Origin: Bdellovibrionales bacterium
Lineage (GTDB): Bacteria; Bdellovibrionota; Bdellovibrionia; Bdellovibrionales; DASUEL01
Reading direction: 5' to 3'
Assembly: GCA_050250255.1 (NCBI GenBank)
Contig: JBFWOZ010000022.1
Location: forward strand, 1-49,534
DNA length: 49,534 bases
The first letter of the stretch is position 1; every line of letters starts with the position of its first letter. A program made the position numbers and the translations under genes. This document shows, one piece after another, positions 9,710 through 21,884 of this stretch. Under the pieces are notes generated by a model, which was given only the letters and a program-made list of their open reading frames with translations, had not been told where the DNA came from and did no database searches.

Positions 9710-9994
9710 ATGGCGCATCATGAACGACTCTACATGATTTTCGAAAAGCATCTGTTTCAAACCCCACCCGAAGTGGAAATTTCCACAGACGATTTCGTAA
9801 AAGAAGTCATCGTGGAGTATATTGAAACGCTTGTGCAACAAGGTCATATCATTCCACATCACCTAAAGGGTGAATTAGAAAAAGACTTGGGCGAAGACGT
9901 CCTCGATATGACTCGCAAAAAAACTTATGGTTACTTGAACATTCAAGAGTTCCGCAAAAACCATAAGCCTCTCAATCACAAAAGCCAGAATTAA
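9710..9994 (+). CDS. Small hypothetical cytoplasmic protein
   Basis: 94 aa from ATG 9710; fills the intergenic gap; protein-like composition; directly behind a sigma28-like promoter. Confidence 0.7.
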   Translation: MAHHERLYMIFEKHLFQTPPEVEISTDDFVKEVIVEYIETLVQQGHIIPHHLKGELEKDLGEDVLDMTRKKTYGYLNIQEFRKNHKPLNHKSQN

Positions 9995-10126
9995 TTGTCC
10001 TAATGGGACTCAGTAAAAAGCTTCTACAATAGCCAATAACTACGTGTAAAGATTGCTACTTTAGTCAATCCCGGTTGGCAATCTCCCGAACTCTCTCTAT
10101 TCCCATAACTGCAAGGGAGTCTGCTC

Positions 10127-10891
10127 GTGATTTCATTATTTTCAATATGGATTGCGTTCTCAATTTCAGAGGCCGGCACAATCTATACAAAAACAAAGTG
10201 GCAAAAAAAAGATTTGCACGTGTGCTGGGCTGCTAGAGAAGATCAAGCCTCTATTTGCGCGACGGAATATCCACTCGATGTTGAAGACGAGAACCTCTCC
10301 CTTCCATCTCCTGAAATGCAAGAGCGTGTGAAAAACTGGTTAAATTCCGAATATACACCCGAACGCACCGGGATTCATTTTACTGGCTGGGAGAAATGCA
10401 CTCCCGATTCCCAAGCGGATGTGTTTATGTTTTATGCCGACGTCGAATATCCCCGTTACGAACGCGGCCTTTCTTCGATTGGAAATTGCGGTATGGGGAC
10501 CGTACAAAAGCCAGGCAAAGCTTGGATCTTTCTTAAACTGTTTAGTGGGCCTAACACACCTATTCAGGTATTGAAACCCGACGGTGCATTGATCAACCCA
10601 TGGCTCACCACAAAAGCCCTAGCTCTACATGAGTTTGGTCACCTCACAGGATTGACCCACGAAAAAGATAATCGCGACCTCACGATAGCGACTCTCGAAG
10701 AGAGTGAAATGTTCGTGACAAAGTTTGATCCAGTTTCCGTGATGAATTACGCTTGGTTTTTTCAGTTAGGGCGAGTGGGTGGCGTAGAAAATGTTGGTTT
10801 AAGTCTTGGAGATCAGCATAGTCTGCAATGTCTCTACACTTTTTCAGAAGAAGAAAAACTTCTGAAGTGCCACAAATACTACACACCTTAA
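10127..10891 (+). CDS. Secreted zinc metalloprotease (metzincin)
   Basis: HEFGHLTGLTHE (HExxHxxGxxH), Met-turn DPVSVMNY, signal peptide, GGGAG before GTG. Confidence 0.85.
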   Translation: MISLFSIWIAFSISEAGTIYTKTKWQKKDLHVCWAAREDQASICATEYPLDVEDENLSLPSPEMQERVKNWLNSEYTPERTGIHFTGWEKCTPDSQADVFMFYADVEYPRYERGLSSIGNCGMGTVQKPGKAWIFLKLFSGPNTPIQVLKPDGALINPWLTTKALALHEFGHLTGLTHEKDNRDLTIATLEESEMFVTKFDPVSVMNYAWFFQLGRVGGVENVGLSLGDQHSLQCLYTFSEEEKLLKCHKYYTP

Positions 10892-10892
10892 A

Positions 10893-11462
10893 TTATTTTA
10901 CCCAAAAAACTTTTCGAGTGGCATCGCGCACACTCGACATTTCTCGAGCGAATTGCTCAAGAACAGATTTCGCAAATACCGTAGGTTCAATCTCAAAATC
11001 TTGAAGACTACAAGTCGGTACCGGTGTGCCGTCATTACTCACATTTATTGCAAAATGAATGAGCGAAGAGACCGGGCTTTGAGTGGCAATACTGATGCTG
11101 AATTTTTTTAGCGTCGTTCCCCGAAGATAGATGTCATCTCCGTCACGATAAATTTTTTCCGCAAGGCGTGGTTGCAATGTCACAATTTGATCTTTCACGA
11201 GACTCGCGAGAAGGCGTTGGATTCCAACTGCAGCAAAAAGTTGAGAATCAAAAAGCTCGACAATGAAATGAATCATATCGCCACCGCGAATTTCCGCGTT
11301 CGCTTTTTTGTCCTCACCGTCCACCATATGATCCGTTACCTGGCAAGGACCTCGCCACGCAATGGCTGAGTCTCCCAGCAGACTGTGCTCCATATAGGCA
11401 TAGAGGGATCTCAACTGAGAACCATCGTAAATATTTTTTTGATCAATCCAGAGAGTTTTCAT
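10893..11462 (-). CDS. DUF366-family protein (lipoate/biotin ligase-like fold)
   Basis: YDGSQL, GDSAIAWRGPC, MVDGED, MIHFIVE, GDDIY, KFSISIA, IHFAIN. Confidence 0.8.
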   Translation of the reverse strand: MKTLWIDQKNIYDGSQLRSLYAYMEHSLLGDSAIAWRGPCQVTDHMVDGEDKKANAEIRGGDMIHFIVELFDSQLFAAVGIQRLLASLVKDQIVTLQPRLAEKIYRDGDDIYLRGTTLKKFSISIATQSPVSSLIHFAINVSNDGTPVPTCSLQDFEIEPTVFAKSVLEQFAREMSSVRDATRKVFWVK

Positions 11463-11471
11463 TTAACGCCT

Positions 11472-12122
11472 TTAAGGATTCGCATCCTGAGCTCTCAAAA
11501 AACGCTGGCAAGACTCACAAGCTCCACAAGGTTTATCGTTTCCTTGATAGCACGGCCAAACGTTTTGAAAATTCACACCTAACTCTTTTCCTCGAGCGTA
11601 AATAGCAGATTTTTCGAGATGGGTGGTAAAACATTTTACCTTAACCCTTCCCATGGTCGAAAACTTCAAAGAGTCCGTGAAAGAATCAAGATATTCCTGA
11701 CTGTTATCAGGGAAAGTGGTGGCTTCCTCGGCATTAAAGCCAGGAATCAACCATTCGGCCTTTAAGGATTCAGCAAAGGCGGCAGCAATACTCAAAAAAA
11801 TACCATTCCGATTAGGAACCCACACTTGGGCGGCGGAATCGGTAATGGCTTGTCTACTCTGCAAATTAACATGAGTAGGAATTGAACTTTTGTCTGAAAC
11901 AAGACTCGTGTTTGTGAAATCGCGAAACCATGGAAGCTCAATGACCCGATGGGAGATACTAAGCTCTCGGCAAATTTTTTCGGAGTGGGCTTTCTCTTGG
12001 CGAGCCGCTTTTTGTCCATAATCAAAGGTGAGTGCGAGCACAACCTTCGAGGCGTGTTTGGCTTCATAAAGATTCACGGTTGAATCGAGTCCAGACGAGA
12101 GCAAAACAACGGAAGAATTCAC
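11472..12122 (-). CDS. queC: 7-cyano-7-deazaguanine synthase QueC
   Basis: PP-loop SSGLDS, FDYGQ, WVPNRNG, Zn motif CY...CGACESC. Confidence 0.92.
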   Translation of the reverse strand: MNSSVVLLSSGLDSTVNLYEAKHASKVVLALTFDYGQKAARQEKAHSEKICRELSISHRVIELPWFRDFTNTSLVSDKSSIPTHVNLQSRQAITDSAAQVWVPNRNGIFLSIAAAFAESLKAEWLIPGFNAEEATTFPDNSQEYLDSFTDSLKFSTMGRVKVKCFTTHLEKSAIYARGKELGVNFQNVWPCYQGNDKPCGACESCQRFLRAQDANP

Positions 12123-12124
12123 TC

Positions 12125-12763
12125 TTAGCTCTTTTTTTTCTTTTTACGAGAAGCGAGAGGGTTCATCGAAGAAATGGTTTCAGCAGAGGGTGTGAGGCTT
12201 TTTCGAAACTCATCCACTCGATGCAAAATCGCCTTCACGAGGTGATTGCCGAGTTCCTTTTTATTATCTTCTGTAAGAACTTGAGAGCGAAAAAATTCAT
12301 CCTTCGCTTCTTCAGAAGAAAGTACTTTTGGTTTTTCAATAGCAGGAGCGGGTGTTTGTGGAACCACAGCCGTTTCAGGTGCTTGCTTCTGCTGCACTTT
12401 TTGCATTAACGATTGGATGCTCGGTTTTTTTAAAAAATCCTGCGATCGAATGTCTTGGATGACTTTTTCTAATTGTTTTGCACGGCTTTTAATATCTTCA
12501 ACACCAATCCCGTACATCGCTAATGTTTCTCGGAGAGTGTTGTGGGAAGTGCGAAAGTTCGTACGAACAAATCCTTTAAGAGATTTAAAGCGCGAATCAT
12601 GTTTAGTTTTAGATTTAACAGCTACTTTTCTCGTCGCTGGAACAGGCTCTGATTTCGCAGCAAGCTTCTTTGCCTTCGGCGCTCGAGCAGAAGCAACTGT
12701 GGCTTTTTTCGCAACATTTTGTTTTTTCACTGTAGCTTTTTTGCTTCTTTTTGCTTGAGCCAT
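12125..12763 (-). CDS. Lys/Ala-rich basic hypothetical protein
   Basis: 212 aa ORF, repeated KKATV, C-terminal RKKKKKS; stop 2 nt before the queC start. Confidence 0.75.
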   Translation of the reverse strand: MAQAKRSKKATVKKQNVAKKATVASARAPKAKKLAAKSEPVPATRKVAVKSKTKHDSRFKSLKGFVRTNFRTSHNTLRETLAMYGIGVEDIKSRAKQLEKVIQDIRSQDFLKKPSIQSLMQKVQQKQAPETAVVPQTPAPAIEKPKVLSSEEAKDEFFRSQVLTEDNKKELGNHLVKAILHRVDEFRKSLTPSAETISSMNPLASRKKKKKS

Positions 12764-12769
12764 CCCGAA

Positions 12770-12799
12770 AAATTAGCAAACCCCCCTCCCCTCATGCAA
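12770..12799 (-). promoter_or_regulatory. Putative sigma70 promoter (extended -10), likely leaderless transcript
   Basis: TTGCAT-N18-TAATTT with TG extension, 6 nt before ATG 12763. Confidence 0.45.
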
Positions 12800-12803
12800 T
12801 ACA

Positions 12804-12951
12804 AAAAGGTGCGCCGCTCCTTTTGGTAGCAATGTTGCGTCATAATCGAGCACCCTACACGCGGCTATTTCTATAAACAAAAAACATAGTTCTATCCCGG
12901 GTAGTCGGACTTTGCTGCACCGTTGCTACCAAAAGGAGCGGCGCACCTTTT
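12804..12951. repeat. 148 bp element with perfect 29 bp terminal inverted repeats (REPIN/MITE-like)
   Basis: AAAAGGTGCGCCGCTCCTTTTGGTAGCAA (12804-12832) and its exact reverse complement (12923-12951); ACA flanks both sides. Confidence 0.85.
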
Positions 12952-12958
12952 ACACCTT

Positions 12959-14674
12959 TTAGGAGAGGCGGAGTTGGTGGATGAGAAGTTGAGGGGTGGT
13001 TTGGCCGTTGTAGTGATTCCATTGGATTTGGCCAAGAACATCGACCTTGGCTTTATCGGGAATTTCGAGATCTCCACAACGAAAGAAGATCGCATCCAAT
13101 TCCCTTTTTGCACCTGCGAGTTTTAACTTTAGGTGTCCGCCCTTAAGGATTTTGGCCTGTTTTACTGCCGCCTGAGAGAAACGGATTGTGGGTGCGGGAA
13201 AGTGGCTTCCGAAGGGCTCAAGGTGACGATACCACTTCATAAATTCGGGCGTGATTTCATCCAAATCACAATCGATGTCATAAAGGCTGACCATTTCTTT
13301 CTTTTCTTCGCAGGCTTCTTTTTGGGTGGCCGCGAGAAGGCGTTCACGAAAGGTCTCGCCTTGATCTGCTTTGACAGAAAACCCTGCTGCTTGCGCATGT
13401 CCACCGTATTTCTCTAAAACATCTTGAGATTGATGAAGCAATTCTACGAGTGAAAGAACAGAACCTTCAGGCAAACGACCACTTCCATGAATGATGCCAC
13501 TTTCAGAAACATGACCTACAAAGGCCGGAACCTTAAAAGTCTGTGCAAGCTTCGTTGCCACAAGTCCAATAATCCCTTTATGGAATTCCGGTGAATACAC
13601 CCAAACAAATTCTCCGAGAGGTGTTTGAGTTACGATCTCTAGCGCCGAACGTTCGGCTTGCACCTGCAGAGCTCGTCGTTGATCATTTGTTTTAAAAATC
13701 ACCTCGATCATGTCGGCCGCTTGCTCATCGGTTTCTGCAAGCATCACTTCGAGAGGTAACAAATCCATATCCATTCGACTTAAAGAATTTAACTTTGGAG
13801 CCAAAGTCATCGCAACGTCATGACTCAGAAGCGGACGATCATAAAGATCTAATCTTTGTAGAAGATGTTTTAATCCGGGCCTTTTTGTATGGCGGAGCTG
13901 CTCCAATCCATGGCGAACAAGGACACGATTTTCTTTAATAAGAGGAACCATATCGGTAATCGTTCCAATCACAAAAAAATCTAAAAGAACTTTTAAATCT
14001 ACATCGGTGCTCAGCCAGCCTTTTTGCTTCATCGCCCGCTTAAGGCCCAACAAGAAATAAAAAGCGACTCCACATCCCGAAAGATGTCCCAGTTCCGAAG
14101 CGCACGCTTTTTGATTAGGATTAATGAGAGCGTAGGCAGGGGGCAAAACTTCTGAAGGAAGATGGTGATCCGTTACAATGACATCCATTCCAAGTTCTTG
14201 AGCAATATTCAATGCTTCATGAGCCGTGGTCCCGACATCAACGGTAACGAGAACCCTCGCCCCACGCCCATAGATTTCGCGAATGGCATCCCCATGCACT
14301 CCGTACCCTTGAGACAAGCGTCTTGGCTGATAAGAAGTGGCATTGGTAAAACCTAAACTTTTTAAGCCTTCAAAAAGTAGTGCGGCCCCTGAAGTTCCGT
14401 CCAAATCAAAGTCGGCATAAACACAAATTTTTTCTTGTTTTTCATAGGCCACTAAAAAACGCTCCACCGCACGATCTAAATCTTTTAGTCGTGAAGGATC
14501 GCTCAAATACTGAAGTTTGGGCGAAAGCCAACGCTCCAGCTGGTCTTCACTTTGAAGACCTCGCAAAAATAAAATTTCTAAAATTTTTTCTGGAATAGAG
14601 GCAGCTATGCTGGAAGACGAATCCTCCCGCAATTTTTCAGGCGGAGTTCTTTTCTGCCACAGCTGCTTTGACAT
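12959..14674 (-). CDS. recJ: Single-stranded-DNA exonuclease RecJ
   Basis: DFDLDG, TVDVG, TDHH, GTITDMVPL..ENR, GGHAQAAG, EPFG. Confidence 0.95.
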   Translation of the reverse strand: MSKQLWQKRTPPEKLREDSSSSIAASIPEKILEILFLRGLQSEDQLERWLSPKLQYLSDPSRLKDLDRAVERFLVAYEKQEKICVYADFDLDGTSGAALLFEGLKSLGFTNATSYQPRRLSQGYGVHGDAIREIYGRGARVLVTVDVGTTAHEALNIAQELGMDVIVTDHHLPSEVLPPAYALINPNQKACASELGHLSGCGVAFYFLLGLKRAMKQKGWLSTDVDLKVLLDFFVIGTITDMVPLIKENRVLVRHGLEQLRHTKRPGLKHLLQRLDLYDRPLLSHDVAMTLAPKLNSLSRMDMDLLPLEVMLAETDEQAADMIEVIFKTNDQRRALQVQAERSALEIVTQTPLGEFVWVYSPEFHKGIIGLVATKLAQTFKVPAFVGHVSESGIIHGSGRLPEGSVLSLVELLHQSQDVLEKYGGHAQAAGFSVKADQGETFRERLLAATQKEACEEKKEMVSLYDIDCDLDEITPEFMKWYRHLEPFGSHFPAPTIRFSQAAVKQAKILKGGHLKLKLAGAKRELDAIFFRCGDLEIPDKAKVDVLGQIQWNHYNGQTTPQLLIHQLRLS

Positions 14675-14679
14675 ACGCT

Positions 14680-15612
14680 CTACGCGCTTTTCGCTTTAAA
14701 TCTTTCGAAGACAACAACAAGTGGTGCGGCGACATAAATCGAAGAGTAAACCCCGAGCACCAGACCAATTAACATTGTAAAGGCGAAATTTTCGATAACG
14801 CCGCCAGCGAAGAAATACAGCGCAATCACTGCAAGGAAGGTTGTAAACACCGTCACGATCGACCGTCCGAGTACTTCATTGATCGAACGATTAATAATGT
14901 CCTTCAGCTTTGCTCCACGCATTTTCGCTTCGTTCTCCCTCACCCGATCGAAAGTCACAATCGTATCGTTCATAGAGTGACCAATAAGAGTCAGAATCGC
15001 AGCCAAAACTTGAATGTTAATTTCGTAATTTAAAAGAGAAAGAATTCCAAGAGCCACAATCGCATCGTGAAAAAGACAAATCACCGCTCCTGGAGCGTAT
15101 TTGTAGTCGAATCTCAGCGAAACGTAGATCAAAATCAAGAGAAGGCTGTAAAGACCTGCCATGATACTATTGCGCTTTAATTGAGAACCTACTTGAGGTC
15201 CTACAGAATCGACACGGCGAACATCAGGGCCCGCGTCACCGAAGGAGGTTTTTAAACCTTGATTTACTTTTTCAATATTTGCTTTTAAAAACTCGTTTGT
15301 TTCTTTATCAGATTTACCTTTTTGGCTCTCGAAACGAATTAAATATTCATTCCCTTCACCAAACTTCTGAACTTGAGCACCGTGCAGTCCTTGATCTTCT
15401 ACAAATTTTCTCAAGGTGTTGGGATCAATAGGAGTCGCAAACTTCACTTGCATTTCGGTTCCACCAGAGAAATCAATTCCGTAGTTAAACCCTTTTACCC
15501 CGATCACCACGAGTGCCAAAATAAAAGTGGCGATAGAAACCACTGCGGCAATCCAAAATTTTCCGATAAAATCAAAATTATAAACTCTGTATTCTTTTTT
15601 CTGTGTCGTCAT
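14680..15612 (-). CDS. secF: Protein translocase subunit SecF
   Basis: GIDFSGG, VGPQVG, HSMNDTIVTFDRVRE. Confidence 0.97.
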   Translation of the reverse strand: MTTQKKEYRVYNFDFIGKFWIAAVVSIATFILALVVIGVKGFNYGIDFSGGTEMQVKFATPIDPNTLRKFVEDQGLHGAQVQKFGEGNEYLIRFESQKGKSDKETNEFLKANIEKVNQGLKTSFGDAGPDVRRVDSVGPQVGSQLKRNSIMAGLYSLLLILIYVSLRFDYKYAPGAVICLFHDAIVALGILSLLNYEINIQVLAAILTLIGHSMNDTIVTFDRVRENEAKMRGAKLKDIINRSINEVLGRSIVTVFTTFLAVIALYFFAGGVIENFAFTMLIGLVLGVYSSIYVAAPLVVVFERFKAKSA

Positions 15613-15626
15613 TGTAGCTGCCTCAC

Positions 15627-17315
15627 TTAAATGGAAATCTTTTGGATTTTAAATCTGTAAATTAGCGTCTCAACGAGAGTGCGTGTGAAAAAGATCGAAG
15701 TGAAAAGAGATGTCACAAGACCTACAATCAGAGTCACACCGAAACCGCGGATAGGGCCTGAACCGAAATAAATCAAAATCGCGCTTGTCGCAATCGCCGT
15801 TAAGTTCGAGTCAAAGATCGCCGAGAACGCTTTTGCATAACCGTCGCGTATCGCGGCTGCAAACGAGGCTCCCGTAGCAAGCTCTTCCTTAATCCGTTCG
15901 TTAATGATCACGTTCGCATCAATCGCAATTCCCAGAGTCAGCGCGATACCCGCAATCCCTGGCAATGTAAGGGTTGCACCAATCATGGTGAGACCTGCTA
16001 AAATCATAAGAACGTTAAAACCAAGAGCGATATTCGCAATCATGCCGAACGCTTTATAATAAATGAGCATGAAAACAAAAATCAAAATGGCAGCTATCCA
16101 AGAAGCCTTAACTCCTGCCGCAATCGAATCAGCACCGAGACTTGGTCCCACGGTTCTCTCTTCTAATTGCTCGAGTCGAGCTGGAAGAGCACCCGCTTTT
16201 AAAGCCATACTGACCGTTTTTGCTTCGTTCATCATCGCATCGCGATTTCGCCCACCACCTAAAGTGATTCGGGCATTTCCATCTGGGATCTTCGTTTGGA
16301 TATTAGGGGCTGAGTAGACCATGTCATCCAAAACGATGGCCATTTGTTTACCAATATTATTTCCTGTTAATTCTGCAAATTTTTGCGCACCAAGTGGATT
16401 AAAGCTTAAGCTCACTTCTGGTTCGTTAAATTCTCCAAGACGAATCGTCGCATCTCTCAATGCACCACCGCCCAGATCTGTGTCCGTACGAAGAAGATAA
16501 GGGACTTTACCCATATCTAAATTTTCAACGTTTTCGCTTTTTGCAAAAAGGATTTTTGTTTTTGGAGGAAGTTTCGAGGCTACCTTCTCATTTAATTTTT
16601 TAACATATTCGGTGTACTTGAGACCACCTTCGCCAAGCTTGATACCCTCTTTTTCGGCATCAGCAATAAGCTGAGTGAGATCCATTGTAGAGGGCTCTAC
16701 CATCATAAACTCTAGGCGTGCTGTACGGTTGATCAAATCTTTGGCGCCAGCTGCATCTTCAATACCGGGAAGTTGAACGAGGATGCGATCAAGCCCTTGC
16801 GCGGTGATGCTAGGTTCCGCCACACCAAATTGATCAATACGATTACGAATTGTTTCAATCGCTTGGCTGACCGTCTCACGTTTTGTTTCGTCGGTGTAAA
16901 CATCCACAGAGTGAAGAACCAAACGATCTCCGCTCGCTTCCGCAATTGTGAGGTTTGGGTAATTCTTTTCTATGAAAGCTTTTGTCGCCGGCAAGTCTTC
17001 GCTTTTATTTAAAAGCACTTCGAGATGCATTTTGTTTGTTGGAAGAGGTTGGATCGACTTGACGTGAACATTCTCGCTTTTGAGTGCGCCAACCATGCCT
17101 TCACCTAAGCGAGCCATAGACTGAGTTAACACTTCATCCACATCCACACCTAAAACAAGATGGGAGCCACCCTGAATATCTAAGCCGTATTTGATTTTTG
17201 ACTTAGACATAAAATTATCTTTAGAAAAATTCACGAAATTGGGAAGAACCACAAGCGTGCAGATCAAAATCACCATGAGGTTAAGGCCAATGCGCCAGTT
17301 TAAGCTTTGATTCAT
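15627..17315 (-). CDS. secD: Protein translocase subunit SecD
   Basis: GLDIQGG, RIDQFGVAEP, VGPSLG, LTLPGIAG, DANVIINERIKEE. Confidence 0.97.
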   Translation of the reverse strand: MNQSLNWRIGLNLMVILICTLVVLPNFVNFSKDNFMSKSKIKYGLDIQGGSHLVLGVDVDEVLTQSMARLGEGMVGALKSENVHVKSIQPLPTNKMHLEVLLNKSEDLPATKAFIEKNYPNLTIAEASGDRLVLHSVDVYTDETKRETVSQAIETIRNRIDQFGVAEPSITAQGLDRILVQLPGIEDAAGAKDLINRTARLEFMMVEPSTMDLTQLIADAEKEGIKLGEGGLKYTEYVKKLNEKVASKLPPKTKILFAKSENVENLDMGKVPYLLRTDTDLGGGALRDATIRLGEFNEPEVSLSFNPLGAQKFAELTGNNIGKQMAIVLDDMVYSAPNIQTKIPDGNARITLGGGRNRDAMMNEAKTVSMALKAGALPARLEQLEERTVGPSLGADSIAAGVKASWIAAILIFVFMLIYYKAFGMIANIALGFNVLMILAGLTMIGATLTLPGIAGIALTLGIAIDANVIINERIKEELATGASFAAAIRDGYAKAFSAIFDSNLTAIATSAILIYFGSGPIRGFGVTLIVGLVTSLFTSIFFTRTLVETLIYRFKIQKISI

Positions 17316-17599
17316 TTTGTTGTCTCCTTCACTGGGCCAGAGATTTGCGATTTCAGCATTTTGATTCTGACTCCTGATGCAATTTCTAATGTGACGAATT
17401 TTTCGGTCAATCCTTCAATCGTTCCAAGAATCCCGCTATTCGTAAGGACTTCATCACCTTTTTTGAGAGTTTCGAGCACTTTTTGTTGCTCACGAATTCG
17501 GCGTGTTTGAGGGCGGATAATCAGAAAATAAAAAATGATAAAAATAACGGCAAAGGGTAAAAATTGTTCCCACACAGATGGCATCGCTTGCGCTGGCAT
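17312..17599 (-). CDS. yajC: Preprotein translocase subunit YajC
   Basis: YFLIIRPQ, LKKGDEVLTNSGILG; GAGGA before ATG 17599. Confidence 0.95.
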   Translation of the reverse strand: MPAQAMPSVWEQFLPFAVIFIIFYFLIIRPQTRRIREQQKVLETLKKGDEVLTNSGILGTIEGLTEKFVTLEIASGVRIKMLKSQISGPVKETTK

Positions 17600-17669
17600 G
17601 AAGATCCTCACTTTAAAAGTTAGTCAAGAAGCTCACACTGTACATTTCTTTTTCAGAAGGAATCAATCA

Positions 17670-19855
<2,186 letters not shown>

Positions 19856-19861
19856 TTACAA

Positions 19862-21097
19862 TTATCGATTTTTTATAGGAGAAGGCGATCGTAAAGTAAC
19901 CACTCGCGCTTGCGGGAAGTAATGCATGGCGATTTCAAAATAATCTCGGCCCTGATCGGCCATCCATTTCGAACCCCACTGGCAAAGGCCTACACCGTGA
20001 CCAAACCCTCGTCCCTTGATGGAATAACCCGTCAAGTGAGGTCGAAGATCAAAGAGCGCACTTTTAATTCGCATGTAACCAAAAAGTTTTCGAAACTCAT
20101 TGGCTTTTAGAGCTTTGATTGTGCCATCGGCAAACTCCGCAGTGACGGAATTCACTCGTGAAGACGGCAAACGTGAAGAAATATAAAATCGTTGTAAGCG
20201 AGATTTGTTATTGAGGATAGCTTGCACCTCTCGAGAAGGGACGAAGGTTTCCCAATTCACTTTGGAGCGTAGTGGACAACGAGTTACGGGTTGTCGACCT
20301 AAAACGCCTGTGGTTTTTTGCTGATCCCAGACCGAGGTTGGTCTTTCTGTCACACCACCACAGTCCGAATGGTAATAAACGGACATGAGCTGTCCACGAG
20401 AATTGTACAGCACTTGATTTTTTGTTTCATCAACGGCCATGCGTAGTGCACGCTTTTCTTGCTCAGCTTTCGCGCCAAGGTGTCGGAACACTTGATCAAG
20501 CTGTGAAGAGTCGATGTCGAAGGTTTTGTAACGTTGATTTTGCAAAAACTGAACGGTGTAGGTACGCGCAACAACCGCTTGAGCTCTCAACGCTTCTCCC
20601 GGCCAACTTGCAACGACTTCACCCGCGAGAACTCCCACTAAATAGGTATCCAGCGGAAGAGCCGCGATCACATCGATTTTTCCGTTAGAACGAGATTTTA
20701 ATTCTACGTCACCTGGCACTTCTTGATCATTCACCCGAAGATGTTTCCCTTTCACTCGCAAGAATTCTTGAAAGCTTTTGGATTTCCATCTTCGACCATC
20801 GATGTACCACTCATCGGTCGTGAAACGTTTGAAAGTGACGGTCGCAGGTTTTCCCATAAAACCGTCGTAAGTGATTTCTTCGCCGGTAATCACCGCCGTA
20901 GAAACATTAGACTGAATGCGAACGCGAACGGCCTCTGGAGCGGTTTTGACTTCAAACTTTTCTTTTGTTTCACCATCGCCCAGAGAGGAAAGCGAAAAGC
21001 CCCCGTCGTCGAGAGAATTTCTTCTCTCGTTAAGAGCGCCCCATAACGGAGAGATCTGAACACAGATAATGATGAACAAAAGCGTCGTTAACTTCAT
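19862..21097 (-). CDS. SpoIID/LytB-domain lytic transglycosylase
   Basis: [45 protein letters not shown]. Confidence 0.92.
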   Translation of the reverse strand: MKLTTLLFIIICVQISPLWGALNERRNSLDDGGFSLSSLGDGETKEKFEVKTAPEAVRVRIQSNVSTAVITGEEITYDGFMGKPATVTFKRFTTDEWYIDGRRWKSKSFQEFLRVKGKHLRVNDQEVPGDVELKSRSNGKIDVIAALPLDTYLVGVLAGEVVASWPGEALRAQAVVARTYTVQFLQNQRYKTFDIDSSQLDQVFRHLGAKAEQEKRALRMAVDETKNQVLYNSRGQLMSVYYHSDCGGVTERPTSVWDQQKTTGVLGRQPVTRCPLRSKVNWETFVPSREVQAILNNKSRLQRFYISSRLPSSRVNSVTAEFADGTIKALKANEFRKLFGYMRIKSALFDLRPHLTGYSIKGRGFGHGVGLCQWGSKWMADQGRDYFEIAMHYFPQARVVTLRSPSPIKNR

Positions 21098-21861
21098 TTT
21101 GGTGTAACGGTTTTAGCCACATCTATGAAGGGTTTCAACAAATCCATAGGAAGTGGAAAAAGTATCAAAGTGCTTCGATCCTTCGAAATTTCACTCAAAG
21201 ATTGCAAATAAGCGAGCTGAAGGGCTGAGGGTGAAGAAGAAAGCATTTTAGAGGCATCTGCGAGCTTCTCAGAACGCTGTAATTCCCCTTCCGCGCTAAT
21301 CACCTTCGCGCGACGTTCTCTTTCGGCCTCGGCTTCACGGGCCATCGCTCGTTGCATTTCTTTAGGGAGGTCGATGTCTTTAACTTCGACATTGGCAATT
21401 TTTACTCCCCAAGAGTCGGTTTGTTTATCGAGAATACCTTGAAGTTTGTGGTTAAGGCTTTCGCGATTTTCTAAAAGTTCGTCGAGAGGGACCTGACCCA
21501 AAACCGAACGCAAAGTCGTTTGGGCTAATTGGCCAGTGGCAAAATAGTAGTCTTCGACTTCGAGCATCGCACGAACGGGATCCACCACACGAAAGTAAAC
21601 CACCGCATTCACTTTGATCGTCACGTTATCTTTGGTGATCACGTCTTGCGGCTGAATATCCATAGTGATGGTACGAAGACCAACGCGCACCATGCGGTCA
21701 ATGCCCGGGATAAGAATAATAAGCCCTGGACCCTTCGTTCCGATACAACGCCCGAGACGAAAAACCACTCCACGATCGTATTCGTTCACCACTTTAAAAG
21801 AGGCGAAAAGAATAAAAAGACCAACAACAATGACTAAAAACATTCCTGAAAACATGTCCAT
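21094..21861 (-). CDS. Slipin / SPFH (stomatin-like) protein
   Basis: [40 protein letters not shown]. Confidence 0.95.
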   Translation of the reverse strand: MDMFSGMFLVIVVGLFILFASFKVVNEYDRGVVFRLGRCIGTKGPGLIILIPGIDRMVRVGLRTITMDIQPQDVITKDNVTIKVNAVVYFRVVDPVRAMLEVEDYYFATGQLAQTTLRSVLGQVPLDELLENRESLNHKLQGILDKQTDSWGVKIANVEVKDIDLPKEMQRAMAREAEAERERRAKVISAEGELQRSEKLADASKMLSSSPSALQLAYLQSLSEISKDRSTLILFPLPMDLLKPFIDVAKTVTPK

Positions 21862-21884
21862 AAACTCCTTATGCTAAATTTCTG

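Noticed and set aside
12892..13126. Small ORFs across the repeat and the recJ end
   Set aside because: They overlap recJ and the inverted repeat and show no RBS or motif
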